NCBI GenBank assembly: GCA_965221165.1
Contig: CBDCRP010000002.1
Span: 576,001-640,000, forward strand
Direction of reading: 5' to 3'
Source of the DNA: a bacterium
GTDB lineage: Bacteria > UBA8248
Length of the DNA: 64,000 nucleotides
Positions 34,965-46,113 of the stretch are shown in pieces (within the stretch, counting starts at the first letter, position 1; every line of letters starts with the position of its first letter). The notes under the pieces are model-generated. The model ran no database searches. It had not been told where the DNA came from and was given only the letters and a program-made list of their open reading frames with translations. The translations under genes and the position numbers were made by a program.

Positions 34965-35930
34965 TTACTGACGCAAATCTTCAAGCAGTCCCAAAAAATC
35001 CGCAGGGAGTTCGGCCACCAACTCCCGCTCATCTCCTCGGGTGGGATGGCGGAAACACAACCTGTGCGCATGGAGCGCCTGCCTGTCGATAAGACTCGGG
35101 CGATTCGGTTTTGTTTTCTTGCGCGGCCCTCTCGGCAACCGGCCCGGGCCGTACACCGGGTCTCCCAATACGGGATGCCCGATGTGGCTCATGTGCACCC
35201 TGATCTGATGGGTTCTGCCCGTCTCCAGCGTGACGCCCAAAAGCGATGCCTCCCTGAGCACCTCGCGCACCGCGTAGTGAGTCACCGCGCGGCGGCCGCT
35301 CCCCACGACCGCCATGGCCGTTCGATGGGCCGGATGCCGGCCGATGGGGGCGTCTATCGTCCCCTCTCCCCGCGCGGGCACGCCCCGGACGATGGCCAGA
35401 TAGTGGCGGTGAATACGGCGCGCCTTTAAGTCGGCGGAGAGTTTTCTGTGCGCCGGGTCCGTTTTCGCCGCGATCAGAAGGCCCGACGTATCCTTGTCGA
35501 GCCGGTGAACGATACCCGGTCTCTCCACCCCGCCGATGCCCGAAAGCTGTCCCCTGCAGTGATGCAGAAGAGCTGCGGCCAGGGTCCCCTTGCGCCGACC
35601 GGCGCCCGGATGCACCACCATGCCGGGCGGCTTGTTGACCACGAGAAGATGCGCATCTTCGTATCGAACATCAAGCGGAATGTCTTCGGCCTCGATGTGG
35701 GAGGGTTCAGGCGGGGGGACCCTCACCAGAACGCGCGCTCCGCTTTCGATACCATGCGCCGTTTTCTTCTCCACCTTGTCATTGATGGAGACCATGCCGT
35801 CTCTGATGAGCCCCTGCACGCGGGAGCGGGAGAGTTCCTTGAGGTTTTTCGCCAGAAACGAATCGACCCGCTTGGCGCCCTCATGGCAGGTCAACGCATA
35901 GGTTTTCTCGCCCCCGTCTCCCATACTCAT
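34965..35930 (-). CDS. rluD: RluA/RluD family pseudouridine synthase
   Basis: S4 domain, VVNKPPG, VHRLDKDTSG, TGRTHQIRVH, QALHA. ATG overlaps the upstream stop. Confidence 0.9.
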   Translation of the reverse strand: MSMGDGGEKTYALTCHEGAKRVDSFLAKNLKELSRSRVQGLIRDGMVSINDKVEKKTAHGIESGARVLVRVPPPEPSHIEAEDIPLDVRYEDAHLLVVNKPPGMVVHPGAGRRKGTLAAALLHHCRGQLSGIGGVERPGIVHRLDKDTSGLLIAAKTDPAHRKLSADLKARRIHRHYLAIVRGVPARGEGTIDAPIGRHPAHRTAMAVVGSGRRAVTHYAVREVLREASLLGVTLETGRTHQIRVHMSHIGHPVLGDPVYGPGRLPRGPRKKTKPNRPSLIDRQALHAHRLCFRHPTRGDERELVAELPADFLGLLEDLRQ

Positions 35931-36475
35931 ACCTTGAGGAGAGTGCCGATGAGGCGCGTTCTGGGATAGAGCGTTCCCCGAACCTGATCGCCCGGAGCCA
36001 GGAGGTCGTGATAGCCCCGCGCGGCCAGAAACCAACCTTCCTTAACGATTTTTCCGCTCCCCAGAGTCAGCGGGCGCATCCCCACGCCGCGAACGATTTT
36101 GAGATAATACTTCTCTTCCAGGAAAGCCAGTTTGTTCCAGAAGATATAAGAGGCTTTGGACGCCACCCGGCCCTCGAAGCTCACGGGTTCGCCCATCAGA
36201 TCTCTGAGCGCGCGCGAGGTTCTCCAGAACGTATAGGCGAGAAAAGCGCCCAGAACCGAAACAGCGGCGTAGAAAATCGCCTCCTGCTCGATGGGACGCT
36301 GCGCGACCAGAAACCCCAAGCCCGCAATACACGCCAGAGAAACCACGCCCCAGAAGACAGACGTGTTCCACAAATAATGGCGCGCATAGCCGCGCGCTCT
36401 TGTCGCCGAACCTATCGAGGGATTGTTTTGGCTCGAATGGGAGCCCGAAAACGAGAAAGGGCCCAGCATCTCCAC
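35927..36475 (-). CDS. Hypothetical membrane protein (2 TM plus C-terminal beta-rich domain)
   Basis: Two hydrophobic segments. Fills the lspA-rluD gap with an ATGA overlap to rluD. Confidence 0.65.
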   Translation of the reverse strand: MEMLGPFSFSGSHSSQNNPSIGSATRARGYARHYLWNTSVFWGVVSLACIAGLGFLVAQRPIEQEAIFYAAVSVLGAFLAYTFWRTSRALRDLMGEPVSFEGRVASKASYIFWNKLAFLEEKYYLKIVRGVGMRPLTLGSGKIVKEGWFLAARGYHDLLAPGDQVRGTLYPRTRLIGTLLKV

Positions 36476-36514
36476 CCCTCCAGAAAAAATCGACCGGCGC
36501 GCGCAATGCCTCGC

Positions 36515-37024
36515 CTATCCGCCCTTCCCCGTCGATGCGGGTTCAGCCGGACCCCGAAGCAAGTCGACTATCATCAGTCCGACCCCGACCGTGATGCCTG
36601 AATCCGCGAGGTTGAACGCAGGCCAATGGTATTGCCCGTAATAAAAGAGTAGATAATCGATCACCTCGCCATAGGCGACCCTGTCGACCAGGTTTCCCAG
36701 ACCGCCGCCGAAAACGAGAAAAAGACCCGCTCTCCCCCAGGGACTCGCCAGCTGATGATGCCGATACAGATAGAACACGAACAACAAAGCCGCCAAAGTG
36801 GCGCAGATGAAAAACAGGCGCCCCCACAGGGGAGGCAGGCCGTCGAGAATGCTGAACGCACCGCCGGAATTTCTGAGATATATGAGGCTAAAAAAACCCG
36901 GAACCACGGTGAGCGACTCGCCGAGACTGAGCGTTTTATCGACTATTTGTTTGATCGCCTGATCGGCCAAGGCGAAAAAGGCGGCGAAGAGAAAAAACGG
37001 CTTGAGCCCCCGCCTTTGGCTCAC
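36515..37024 (-). CDS. lspA: Lipoprotein signal peptidase II
   Basis: [34 protein letters not shown] overlaps the ileS stop. Confidence 0.95.
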   Translation of the reverse strand: MSQRRGLKPFFLFAAFFALADQAIKQIVDKTLSLGESLTVVPGFFSLIYLRNSGGAFSILDGLPPLWGRLFFICATLAALLFVFYLYRHHQLASPWGRAGLFLVFGGGLGNLVDRVAYGEVIDYLLFYYGQYHWPAFNLADSGITVGVGLMIVDLLRGPAEPASTGKGG

Positions 37025-39876
37025 AAAAGCACCTTCTCGGCGATGCGGGCGCAACGCGCCGAAAGATCGGGGAAGCGGGGGTCCGAACCCACGTCTTCTG
37101 AAACTTTCCACGACATGGCGCACTTCGCCCCACGCGCCTCGCTCACCTCGACGGCCAGGCCCTCTACCTCCTCGCTGCGGTAGGCATCGCCTAAAGGCGC
37201 CTCACCTTCACCTGCGAGCGCGGCGCCCGAGACGATGAATACGTCTTCCATCTCGGGCTCCAAGGCCACGAGCTTCTCGCGCATCTTCTCCTCAGCGAAG
37301 AGCCTCACGCTGAAATTGAGCGAACTTCCCTTGCCCTTTTCCTGATTCTGGCGGACGAGTTCGAGCGCCTTGAGCACCTCGCCCCTCGCGCGCATGAGCG
37401 GCTCCCACTTCTCCTCCAGCATCTCGTCGCGCCGCGCGGCGTCGACTTCGGGCAAAGAGGCCAGGTGAACGCTCTCGCCGTGTAATTTCGGCGTGAGCAG
37501 ATACGCTTCTTCCGCCGTGAAGGGCAGAAGCGGGGCCATCATCCGGAGCAGCGCATCCAGAACCTCGTGCATGGTGCTCAAGCCCGATATTCTGTCCACA
37601 TCATCGGGCAGCGAGATGTAGAGCCTGTCTTTAAGCACGTCGAGATAGAACGAAGACAAATCGACCGCGCAGAAGTTGTTGAGCGCGTGGTAGACGGCGT
37701 GAAACTCATAATCGGCATACGCCGTGCGCACGCGCTCGACGAGCTTGTCCAGGCGGCTGATGATGAGCCTGTCGATCTCCATGCGCTGGGGCAGCGGAAC
37801 CGCGTCTTTCCCGGGGTCGAAACTCTCATAGTCCCTCAAATTGCCCAGCAGGAAGCGGCACGTATTTCTTATCCGGCGGTAGGCCTCGGCCATGCGGTCC
37901 AGAATTTGCGGGGAAATACGGATGTCTTCCCTGTAATTCTCTCCCGCCACCCAAAGCCTTAGGATTTCAGCGCCGTATTTCTCGATGATCTGCTCGGGCG
38001 CAATCGTGTTGCCCAGGGATTTGCTCATCTTCTTGCCCTTGCCGTCCACCACGTAGCCGTGGGTGAGCACCTCCCGGTAGGGCGCGGCGTCGCGCACGCC
38101 CACGGCGGCGAGCAAGGAGCTGTGGAACCACCCCCGATGCTGATCGCTGCCTTCTAAATACATATCCGCAGGCCACGTGAGTTCTTCTCTTTTTTCCATG
38201 ACGGCCGCCTGGCTCACGCCCGAGTCGAACCACACGTCGAGAATGTCGGTCTCTTTCCTGAAAGAGGCACCTCCGCATTCGGGACACTTGTAATCAGGCG
38301 GCAGCAGTACGCCCGATTGTTTTTCGAACCATACGTCCGCGCCGCCATCTTCCATCAAATCCGCCACCCGGTGCGCTACCTCCGCATCCACGACAACGTG
38401 CGCGCAACCCTCGCAATGAAAGGCCACGATGGGTACCCCCCAGGAGCGCTGGCGCGAGATGCACCAATCCGGCCTGTTCTCCACCATCCCGTAGATGCGC
38501 TCCTCACCCCAGGGCGGCACCCAGGCGACTTTACGAATCTCCTCGAGCGAGCGTTTTCTCAAGTCGTCATGCTCCATCGAGATGAACCACTGGGGCGTCG
38601 CGCGGAAGATGGTCGGCCTGTGGCTGCGCCAATCGTGCGGATAGGGGTGGGTGTAATCCTCCACCGTGAACAAGCGATCCAAATCGCGCAGATGCTCAAT
38701 GATGTTCGGGTCCGCGTCGAAGACGAACTGGCCGGCGAAATGCGCCACGTCGTCGGTGAATTTTCCGTCATCCGCTATGGGGCTGTAGACTTCGAGGCCG
38801 TATTTGAGACCGGTCTCATAGTCCTCGCGTCCGTGGCCGGGGGCGGTGTGCACGACACCCGTTCCCTGCTCGAGGGTCACATAATCGGCCACCACGACGA
38901 GCGAGTCGCGCTCCACCCAGGGATGCCGCGCGCGCAAGCCCTCGATCTGCCCCCCCTGAAAGCTCGCCACCTTCTCGAACGAGGCGCTCGCCCCCTCTTT
39001 TTCCGCCAACTCCTTGAGCCGGGGCAGGAAATACTCATGGAATATGAGGAGTTCGTCCCCATGGCGGAATACGCCGTATTCCAAAGACTCACCGAACGCC
39101 AGCGCCAGGTTGGCGGGCAGCGTCCAGGGCGTCGTCGTCCAGATGAGAACGTTTACTTGCGAACCTTCGGCGGCCCCGCCCAAACCGGGGATCTTCTCCG
39201 CCCAACCCGGGAATTGATCCTCGGCAATGGGAAATTTCACATAGATGCTCGGCGTGGTGACGTCCTCATACTCGACTTCCGCCTCGGCCAGCGCCGTTCT
39301 CAGGCCCGGCGCCCAGTGCACGGGTTTTAAGCCCAGATACACGCCGCCTCGCTCGATGAAGCGCGCCAGTTCGCGCACGGTGGCGGCCTCGTAGTCGTAG
39401 CTCATGGTGAGGTATGGCCGCTCCCAGTCACCGAAAACGCCCAGGCGCTTGAACTCATCCCGTTGGATGTCGATGTATTTTTCGGCGTATTCGCGGCACA
39501 TCTTGCGCTTTTGCACCGCGTCGATCTCGAAGCGCTTGCGGCCGAGTTCCTTGTCCACTTGGTGTTCGATCGGCAGTCCGTGGCAATCCCATCCCGGCAC
39601 GTAGACGGCGTCGAAACCGGCCATCTGCTTCGATTTCACCACGACGTCCTTCAGAATCTTGTTCAGCACCGTGCCCAGATGAATATGCCCGTTCGCATAG
39701 GGGGGGCCGTCGTGCAGAATGTATTTCGTCCGGCCCTGCGATGCGTCTCTTATCTTCGCGTAAATGTCCTGCTCCTCCCAGGCGTCGAGCATCTGCGGCT
39801 CGCGCCGGGGCAGGTTCCCCTTCATGGGAAACGAGGTTTTGGGCAGGTTCAACAGTTCCTTGTAATTCGTCGCCAT
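37021..39876 (-). CDS. ileS: Isoleucine-tRNA ligase (type 1)
   Basis: [45 protein letters not shown]. Confidence 0.98.
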   Translation of the reverse strand: MATNYKELLNLPKTSFPMKGNLPRREPQMLDAWEEQDIYAKIRDASQGRTKYILHDGPPYANGHIHLGTVLNKILKDVVVKSKQMAGFDAVYVPGWDCHGLPIEHQVDKELGRKRFEIDAVQKRKMCREYAEKYIDIQRDEFKRLGVFGDWERPYLTMSYDYEAATVRELARFIERGGVYLGLKPVHWAPGLRTALAEAEVEYEDVTTPSIYVKFPIAEDQFPGWAEKIPGLGGAAEGSQVNVLIWTTTPWTLPANLALAFGESLEYGVFRHGDELLIFHEYFLPRLKELAEKEGASASFEKVASFQGGQIEGLRARHPWVERDSLVVVADYVTLEQGTGVVHTAPGHGREDYETGLKYGLEVYSPIADDGKFTDDVAHFAGQFVFDADPNIIEHLRDLDRLFTVEDYTHPYPHDWRSHRPTIFRATPQWFISMEHDDLRKRSLEEIRKVAWVPPWGEERIYGMVENRPDWCISRQRSWGVPIVAFHCEGCAHVVVDAEVAHRVADLMEDGGADVWFEKQSGVLLPPDYKCPECGGASFRKETDILDVWFDSGVSQAAVMEKREELTWPADMYLEGSDQHRGWFHSSLLAAVGVRDAAPYREVLTHGYVVDGKGKKMSKSLGNTIAPEQIIEKYGAEILRLWVAGENYREDIRISPQILDRMAEAYRRIRNTCRFLLGNLRDYESFDPGKDAVPLPQRMEIDRLIISRLDKLVERVRTAYADYEFHAVYHALNNFCAVDLSSFYLDVLKDRLYISLPDDVDRISGLSTMHEVLDALLRMMAPLLPFTAEEAYLLTPKLHGESVHLASLPEVDAARRDEMLEEKWEPLMRARGEVLKALELVRQNQEKGKGSSLNFSVRLFAEEKMREKLVALEPEMEDVFIVSGAALAGEGEAPLGDAYRSEEVEGLAVEVSEARGAKCAMSWKVSEDVGSDPRFPDLSARCARIAEKVLL

Positions 39877-39891
39877 TCTCTCATCCAACCT

Positions 39892-40929
39892 TTACGATTT
39901 TTTCACTGCCGATACGGGCGCTGCGGGGAATCCCGCCGCCTCCCTCACCAAACGCATCGTTGTTTGCGCTTCCGCCCTGGCCTTTGCGCCGCCTTCGGCC
40001 AGAACGTCTTCTACATAGTCAATATCCTGTTCCAGGCGTTTTCTTTCCTCCCGGTAAGGCGCAAAATACGCATCCATCTTCTCGAAGAGAATCTGCTTCG
40101 CGTTGCCGTAGCCGAACCCGGGCGTGCGGTATTTGTCTCGCAATTCTTCTTGCTCCGCCTCGTCTGAAAACAACTGAAAAAGGGAGAACACATGGCAGGC
40201 GTCGGGGTCTTTGGGTACTTCGAGCGGCGTGGAGTCGGTGACGATAGACATCACGCGTTTTCTAAGGCGTTTGCCCTCCTCGAAAATCTCTATCGTGTTG
40301 TCGTAGCTCTTGCTCATCTTCTGGCCGTCGAGGCCCGGCACCTTGGCCCCCGCATCGAGCCTGACGGTGGGCAGGGGGAAGATTTCCCCATAGGTGTTGT
40401 TGAACGCCAGGGCCATGTCCCTGGTCATTTCGAGATGCTGAACCTGGTCTTCTCCCACGGGAACGATGGTGGAGCGGTAGATCAGGATGTCGGCGGCCAT
40501 GAGCATCGGATAATAGTAAAGCCCCATCGAGGGGGTGATGCCTCTCGACACCTTGTCCTTGAAGGAAGTGGCGCGATCCAAAAGCCCCTTTCCCGTGACG
40601 GCGGAGAGCATCCAGGCCAGTTCGTTCACCTCGGGCACGTCGGATTGGCGGAAGAAAACCGCCTTTTTCGGGTCGAGTCCCAGGGCGAGGTAGTCCATCG
40701 CCACGGCAAGCGTCTGCTCCGCCAACAAGTCCTTGTCCTGCACCGTCGTCATGGCGTGGTAGTTCGCGATGAAGTAGAACGCTTCGGCCTCTTCCTGAAG
40801 TGCGATGTGCTGTTTGAGCGCGCCGAAATAGTTGCCCAGGTGCAGTTTTCCCGAAGGCTGCACGCCGGAGAGAAACCGCGTGGGTCGGCTTTTCTGCTCT
40901 TGACTATCCGTCATCTGAGTGTCCTTCAT
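39892..40929 (-). CDS. trpS: Tryptophan-tRNA ligase
   Basis: SGVQPSGKLHLGNY, YPMLMAADIL, VPVGEDQ, KMSKS. Confidence 0.96.
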   Translation of the reverse strand: MKDTQMTDSQEQKSRPTRFLSGVQPSGKLHLGNYFGALKQHIALQEEAEAFYFIANYHAMTTVQDKDLLAEQTLAVAMDYLALGLDPKKAVFFRQSDVPEVNELAWMLSAVTGKGLLDRATSFKDKVSRGITPSMGLYYYPMLMAADILIYRSTIVPVGEDQVQHLEMTRDMALAFNNTYGEIFPLPTVRLDAGAKVPGLDGQKMSKSYDNTIEIFEEGKRLRKRVMSIVTDSTPLEVPKDPDACHVFSLFQLFSDEAEQEELRDKYRTPGFGYGNAKQILFEKMDAYFAPYREERKRLEQDIDYVEDVLAEGGAKARAEAQTTMRLVREAAGFPAAPVSAVKKS

Positions 40930-40951
40930 CCGTATGCCGGCAAGAAACCCT

Positions 40952-41623
40952 CTACGCCAAACCGAAGATTCTGAGAAGATTTATCACAAAAACCTGCTCG
41001 GCCGTAGCCAGAGCGATGAAAATCGGCATCATGATCTTGTGCAGCCATCCCAGCAACAACAAACCCAGCACGATGAAAAAACCGAACGGCTCCATGCGCG
41101 AGTATTGCCACGCCATGCGCCTCGGCAGCAGCCCCGTCACGATCCTTCCCCCGTCGAAGGGAAGGATGGGAATCAGGTTGAACGCCGCGAGCGCGGTGTT
41201 GATGGTGAAGCTCGCTCGCAGCACGAGCAGGAGCGGCTCGCCCACGAAGCTCGCGCCCAGTCCCCAGCGGCGCATAAGATGAAACAGAAAAGCGCTCAAG
41301 ATGGCCAATATGAAATTCGCCGCCGGCCCCGCAAGCGCCACCCACATCATCGCGCGCCTCGGGTGCCGGAAATTGCGCGGATTCACCGGCACAGGCTTCG
41401 CCCAACCGAAGCCCACGCCCCCCACCATGGAGATGACGAAGGCGAGCGTTCCCATCGGGTCGAGATGGACGATGGGATTTAAGTTCAGGCGGCCCAGCAT
41501 GCGCGCGGTGTCGTCGCCCAGCTTGTCGGCCACCCAGCCGTGGGCCACCTCGTGGAAGGTGAGCGCAAGCAAAATGGCCGGTATCGCAATCAGCAACTGC
41601 TGAATGAAATCGGATGAGAACAA
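40952..41623 (-). CDS. Site-2 protease family (M50) membrane peptidase
   Basis: HEVAH, FGWAKPVP, AGPAAN, FNLIPILPFDG. Confidence 0.93.
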   Translation of the reverse strand: MFSSDFIQQLLIAIPAILLALTFHEVAHGWVADKLGDDTARMLGRLNLNPIVHLDPMGTLAFVISMVGGVGFGWAKPVPVNPRNFRHPRRAMMWVALAGPAANFILAILSAFLFHLMRRWGLGASFVGEPLLLVLRASFTINTALAAFNLIPILPFDGGRIVTGLLPRRMAWQYSRMEPFGFFIVLGLLLLGWLHKIMMPIFIALATAEQVFVINLLRIFGLA

Positions 41624-41805
41624 GACAGTCCCTTACCGCGCCAAGAGAATCGACAGTGAAGCAGGCGACACGAACCCGGAAATTTCCGGCGGCGGGCGTA
41701 ACCCCGGAAACTTCCGGCGGCGAAAGTTTCACCCCGCAAACCCGCTGGATTCTATGGGCTTGGGCGGAGAGGGTCAAACGCGAAACGCGCCGTGAAACAT
41801 CAGCT

Positions 41806-42366
41806 TTAAGACTTTCCCGCCTTGCCGAATTCATCCCGGAAGAAAATCTCGGCGGGGTCTTTGCGCGCGGGCGGCTTGTTGTCCTTCGCCTGCACGTCGG
41901 GATGTAAATCCTCGGTCTTGCCCGGATAGCCCACGGCGAACAAGGCCGCGACGCGAAACGGCTCCGGAATGCCGAAGTTATCGAGCACCTTCGGCTCATC
42001 CCACCCCGCCATCGCGTGAACGGTCAAGCCGAAATCACTGCCCTGGAGCAGGAGATTCTCGAGCGCCATGCCGACGTCGAGCAGGTAGCGATCCTGCCCG
42101 AAGCGCTCTGGCTGTTCTTCGGGGTTTCCGATGATGATCATCTTGAGCGGGGCCGCGGTCGCCCACTGGCGGTTTCCTTCGTTCAGGCATTCGTTGAACT
42201 TCGCTTGCGCCTCTTCGGATTCCACGACGATGACGCGCCAGGGCTGGCGATTGTTCGAGGACGGCGCCCAGCGGAACGCCTCGAGCATGGCTTCGAGCTT
42301 TTCCGCCTCGGGCGGCACGCCGTTGAAAGCGCGCAGGCTCCTGCGGTTCTTGATGAGTGGGTGCAT
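41806..42366 (-). CDS. Nitroreductase family protein
   Basis: RRSLRAF, WAPSSNNRQPW, AMAGWD, AVGYP. Confidence 0.9.
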   Translation of the reverse strand: MHPLIKNRRSLRAFNGVPPEAEKLEAMLEAFRWAPSSNNRQPWRVIVVESEEAQAKFNECLNEGNRQWATAAPLKMIIIGNPEEQPERFGQDRYLLDVGMALENLLLQGSDFGLTVHAMAGWDEPKVLDNFGIPEPFRVAALFAVGYPGKTEDLHPDVQAKDNKPPARKDPAEIFFRDEFGKAGKS

Positions 42367-42447
42367 CTGTTGACTTCCTCCTGAATGAATAAAAAAGACC
42401 AAAACAAAAAGGAACTATACACAACATTGCTCACGAAGTGCTGTAAC

Positions 42448-42936
42448 TTAGTTAGCCTTTAACTTCAGCCACTTAATGGATTGAAGTTTCTCGAATTTCG
42501 CTTTGGCAGCATCTAGAGACATCTCTGTTGTAGGCCACAGTCCATCAGGAAGAACAATATATACCGCTTTCCCATTGTTTTTGATGGCCTGGAGCGAATT
42601 CGTATGATACCAATCTAAAGCATCGAATATTTCCTTCTTGTGGTCATGGGATAAATCCAACATCCACTTTTCCAAAGCGACCCCCAATTTCTTTATCATG
42701 TTGTTGTACTGTGCGGCACGGAGAGCGTTTGCAGAAGACGTTGCATTCATGCCCTTGTGGAATGTATCCGTAGCCTCCATTACACGTTTCCTTCCTTCTA
42801 TCAATACCTCCCGTATGTATTTCACATCTTGACGCCTTGCCCACCACTGGCGAATGCACTTCGCAATACCTAGGATAGCTGTAGCCGTCAGAGCAGCAAT
42901 CACACCAGCGAAGGCACTCTGTACTATTGATTCCAT
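42448..42936 (-). CDS. Hypothetical protein, N-terminal TM anchor, low GC
   Basis: Clean 162-codon ORF after GGAG RBS in visibly AT-rich DNA. No recognised family. Confidence 0.65.
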   Translation of the reverse strand: MESIVQSAFAGVIAALTATAILGIAKCIRQWWARRQDVKYIREVLIEGRKRVMEATDTFHKGMNATSSANALRAAQYNNMIKKLGVALEKWMLDLSHDHKKEIFDALDWYHTNSLQAIKNNGKAVYIVLPDGLWPTTEMSLDAAKAKFEKLQSIKWLKLKAN

Positions 42937-43108
42937 TTGTTTCTCCGTAGTCGTGCTACTCACTACTAATGACACGATGGCATGGATGCTATTGTATATA
43001 ATTCCCATAAAAAACCTCTTGCAAATAGTAACGTCTATATGGGAGCGTCCGGCTTGATACCACTATCCGCGGTGCATGGTAGCCGCATCGGGATTTCGTC
43101 GGAAGTAT

Positions 43109-43936
43109 CTACTCTGGATTCTCGAACCTGGCGTCGCGCCATGCCACGGCGGCGCGCAAGCCTTCCGTTCGCGCAATCTCGAGGAAGCGGGCCTTATCCC
43201 CGGTTCCCCTGCCCTCGATCATCAGGTCGATGTCGAGCGCGGCTTCGAGCGCGCGGCCCATCCCCATGATCTCAAAGCTGCGGTTCAGCGCCAGCTTGGT
43301 CGCGCGCAGGAGGCTCTGATCCATCGGCGTCATTTTCTCCGCCAAGGACATGGCGGTATCGAGCACCTCCGCCTCTGGAACCACCCGGTTCACCAGCCCT
43401 ATGCGATGGGCCTCAGCCGTCGGGATGCCGTCCTCTCCGGTGAGGATTATCTCCTTTGCCAGCTTGGGGTTCGTGAGCCAGGGGAGCAGCATGACGACGA
43501 TGCCTGCGCCGAACTTGAGTTCCGGCTCGCCGAACACGGCGTCTTCCGCCGCCACGGTGATGTCGCACGCCAGCGCAAGCTCACACCCTCCCGCCAGGGC
43601 GTGTCCGCAAACGGCGGCGACCGTGGGTTTGGAGAGGTTCCAAAAGCGCATGACGGCGTCGAAATCCTGCCTAAGCGCGCGCCTCCATTCCGTGAAACCG
43701 ACCGGCGTGTTTTCCGCCTGTTCTTTGAGATCAAAGCCGGAAGAGAATGATTTTCCCTCCCCCGTGAGAACGGCGACGAATATGGAATCATCCGCTTCTA
43801 TCAAGTCGCACGCCTCGTTCAACTCACGCAGCATCGTGCGGTTCATGGCGTTTAGCCGCTCGGGGCGGTTCAGGCTCACGAGCGCGACGTGTCCGCGCAC
43901 CTCGAACAATAGCGTCTCGAAAACGGGCGCGTTCAT
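43109..43936 (-). CDS. Enoyl-CoA hydratase/isomerase (crotonase) family protein
   Basis: LNRPERLNA, FSSGFDL, ALAGGCELALACD, FGEPE. Confidence 0.92.
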   Translation of the reverse strand: MNAPVFETLLFEVRGHVALVSLNRPERLNAMNRTMLRELNEACDLIEADDSIFVAVLTGEGKSFSSGFDLKEQAENTPVGFTEWRRALRQDFDAVMRFWNLSKPTVAAVCGHALAGGCELALACDITVAAEDAVFGEPELKFGAGIVVMLLPWLTNPKLAKEIILTGEDGIPTAEAHRIGLVNRVVPEAEVLDTAMSLAEKMTPMDQSLLRATKLALNRSFEIMGMGRALEAALDIDLMIEGRGTGDKARFLEIARTEGLRAAVAWRDARFENPE

Positions 43937-44757
43937 GGGGACTTATGCCTCTTCAAAAATGCCAGAATCGCCGCAGCCGAGGCTTCGGGGCGTTCGGAAT
44001 AGAAATGATGGCCCGTGTTCTCGACGACGACCAGTTCCGCCCCCGGAATTCTCCCGGCCATGCGCCTGGAATTCTCCGTCGGCACGAGAACGTCGGCCTC
44101 GCCCGAGATGACGAGCGTGGGCACTCGCAAAGTCCCGATCTCCTCAGAAACATCAAATTCCGCCATCCCCTTGTTGCGCCTTTCGATTTCTTCTTTGCTG
44201 ATGGGGAAGCGGCGCTTGAAGCCGTCGTAGAAAGCGACCACCTCGGGTCTTTGGTCTATCGTGTGGGGATGGAAAATGGTCTCCAAAGCCGCCCGGCGCT
44301 CTTGTTCGGTCGCCTCGGGCGCGCCGCCGCGCGCGCGCGTTTCCCGGACGCCCGGTGCGGCCGCGACCTTCTCCTCTCCTCCGAAATGAGAGCACGCGAC
44401 GATGAGGCTCTTGAGTCTGGAGGCATGTTCGACGGCGAATGAGAGAGCGATAGTCCCGCCGTAAGAGCCGCCCATGAGGTGAAAAGAATCGAGACCCAGG
44501 CCATCGACCAGCCCCAGGAGGTCTTCCGCCATGCGCGCAGGCGCGCGGTCGCCATCATCGGCATGCGCCTTCGTTCTGCCCGTCCCCCGGTTGTCCGGCA
44601 TGACGAGGCGGTATTTTGCCGCGAGAAGGGGCCGGAGATTCCCCCAGACCTCCACCGTGGCCGTCAAGCCGCCGACCATCACCAGCGGCTCGCCCGCACC
44701 CTCTTCCTCGTAGTAGACCTCGATTTTTCCCCTGTTCTCGATTTCCAGCGTCGCCAC
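43933..44757 (-). CDS. Alpha/beta fold hydrolase
   Basis: DNRGTG, GGSYGG nucleophile elbow, GEADVLVP, TGH. Confidence 0.9.
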   Translation of the reverse strand: MATLEIENRGKIEVYYEEEGAGEPLVMVGGLTATVEVWGNLRPLLAAKYRLVMPDNRGTGRTKAHADDGDRAPARMAEDLLGLVDGLGLDSFHLMGGSYGGTIALSFAVEHASRLKSLIVACSHFGGEEKVAAAPGVRETRARGGAPEATEQERRAALETIFHPHTIDQRPEVVAFYDGFKRRFPISKEEIERRNKGMAEFDVSEEIGTLRVPTLVISGEADVLVPTENSRRMAGRIPGAELVVVENTGHHFYSERPEASAAAILAFLKRHKSP

Positions 44758-44776
44758 TTGAAACTCCTATCAGGCC

Positions 44777-45955
44777 TTACGCGCCCAGTTTTTCGGCCAT
44801 CCAGTCCGCCATGTGACCCACGACGGGCGCGATGTAGTCCATGTGGCAATGCTGGGAGCCGCCGTCTGTCCCCTGGTAGACCCGGAGCGTCTTATCCCTG
44901 GAACCCGCCGCCTTGTAGAGCGATTTTGCATCCGCGAGCGGTATTTGCTGATCGTCTTCCCCGTGCACCAACAGGAAGGGGCACTTCATCTTCTGCACCA
45001 CGCCGTCGAGCCGGAAGCCCTCGAGCTTTTCCAAGCCCTCCTCCGCCGTCTTGACGTTAAAACTCCAAGCCAGATGGTTACCCGGCGAGGGGAGCTGAAT
45101 CTTGAACGCCGCGTCGATGCGCCTTTTCCAGATCGCGTGGTAGTCCCATATTGCGCCGTGGGCGACGCAAGCCTTGAATCGGCGCTCCATGCCGGCGGTT
45201 CTGGGCGCGTAATATCCCCCCAGACTCGACGCCATGATGCCTGCGCGCTTCGCGTTCACGTCTTTACGCTTCTCCAACCAGTCGAGAATGGCGGAACCCG
45301 CCACCTCGTAGTCGTGCCTCAAATAGATCTTGCGAAAGCGGATGGCCTCGCCCACTCCGGGGGTGTCGGGCACCACCACGCTCATGCCGCGCCGGGCGAG
45401 TTCCATCGCCGAGATGATCACGGGCGATTCCTTGGTGCCGTCGAAGCCGGTATAGAGCACGACCACGGGCGGCTTGGATTTGCGCGTGTTTTCCGCGTGG
45501 ATGAAATAGCCGGGCAGCGATTTGCCCCCCTCATAGGGAATCTCGACAATCTCCGTCTTGGGCCTGTCGATCAGGCGGACGTAGCGCTTGAAGCTGTCGA
45601 TGGATTTCCGGTACACGCCCTGCGATACCTTATCCTTCGGGAAGCGAAACCGATCGGCCATCTGATGATAGGTGGCGGAACGGCAAAAATGGCCCGCCGC
45701 CGTCAAGTTATGGCCGCGCCGCAAGGCAGCCATCCCCATCGCGCGCAAGCGATCGCCCATGTGGGCCCACTCCTCGAACCAGTGCTTGTCGCTGCCGGGG
45801 TTTTTCTCGAGATTTCTGCAGACCTCAAAGATTTCCGCCGTGTCGGCCCCGCCGCCCGCCACGCGCATCAGGCCGATGGAGACGATGAACGACCAGCGAT
45901 AGTTATCGGGAAAGTATGTGAACCATGGAATATTGCGTACCGCGTTGACGACCAT
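44777..45955 (-). CDS. Alpha/beta hydrolase, 2,6-dihydroxypseudooxynicotine-hydrolase-like (FrsA/UPF0255 group)
   Basis: YFPDNYRWS, VEIPYEG, GFDGTKE, PGVGE, SSLGGYYAPR, HGEDDQQIP, QHCHMD. Confidence 0.8.
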   Translation of the reverse strand: MVVNAVRNIPWFTYFPDNYRWSFIVSIGLMRVAGGGADTAEIFEVCRNLEKNPGSDKHWFEEWAHMGDRLRAMGMAALRRGHNLTAAGHFCRSATYHQMADRFRFPKDKVSQGVYRKSIDSFKRYVRLIDRPKTEIVEIPYEGGKSLPGYFIHAENTRKSKPPVVVLYTGFDGTKESPVIISAMELARRGMSVVVPDTPGVGEAIRFRKIYLRHDYEVAGSAILDWLEKRKDVNAKRAGIMASSLGGYYAPRTAGMERRFKACVAHGAIWDYHAIWKRRIDAAFKIQLPSPGNHLAWSFNVKTAEEGLEKLEGFRLDGVVQKMKCPFLLVHGEDDQQIPLADAKSLYKAAGSRDKTLRVYQGTDGGSQHCHMDYIAPVVGHMADWMAEKLGA

Positions 45956-46113
45956 GCGCGCTCTCCTTAAATGCCAAAATCTGGAATAAAACAACTTTCA
46001 TAGATGATGAAAGTATACGCGAGATGACGCTTTTCTTGGAATCGGGTTATGATTTCCCAATCAAAACAAAGAACACCTTTCCGCAATCCATCATTTTGAC
46101 AGGAGAGTCATAC

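Noticed and set aside
42400-43100. Integron cassette (attC) around the AT-rich orphan, suggested by GGCTAAC at the stop and GACGTTA upstream
   Set aside because: No matching RYYYAAC/GTTRRRY pair or complementary L boxes, and no integrase in the window.
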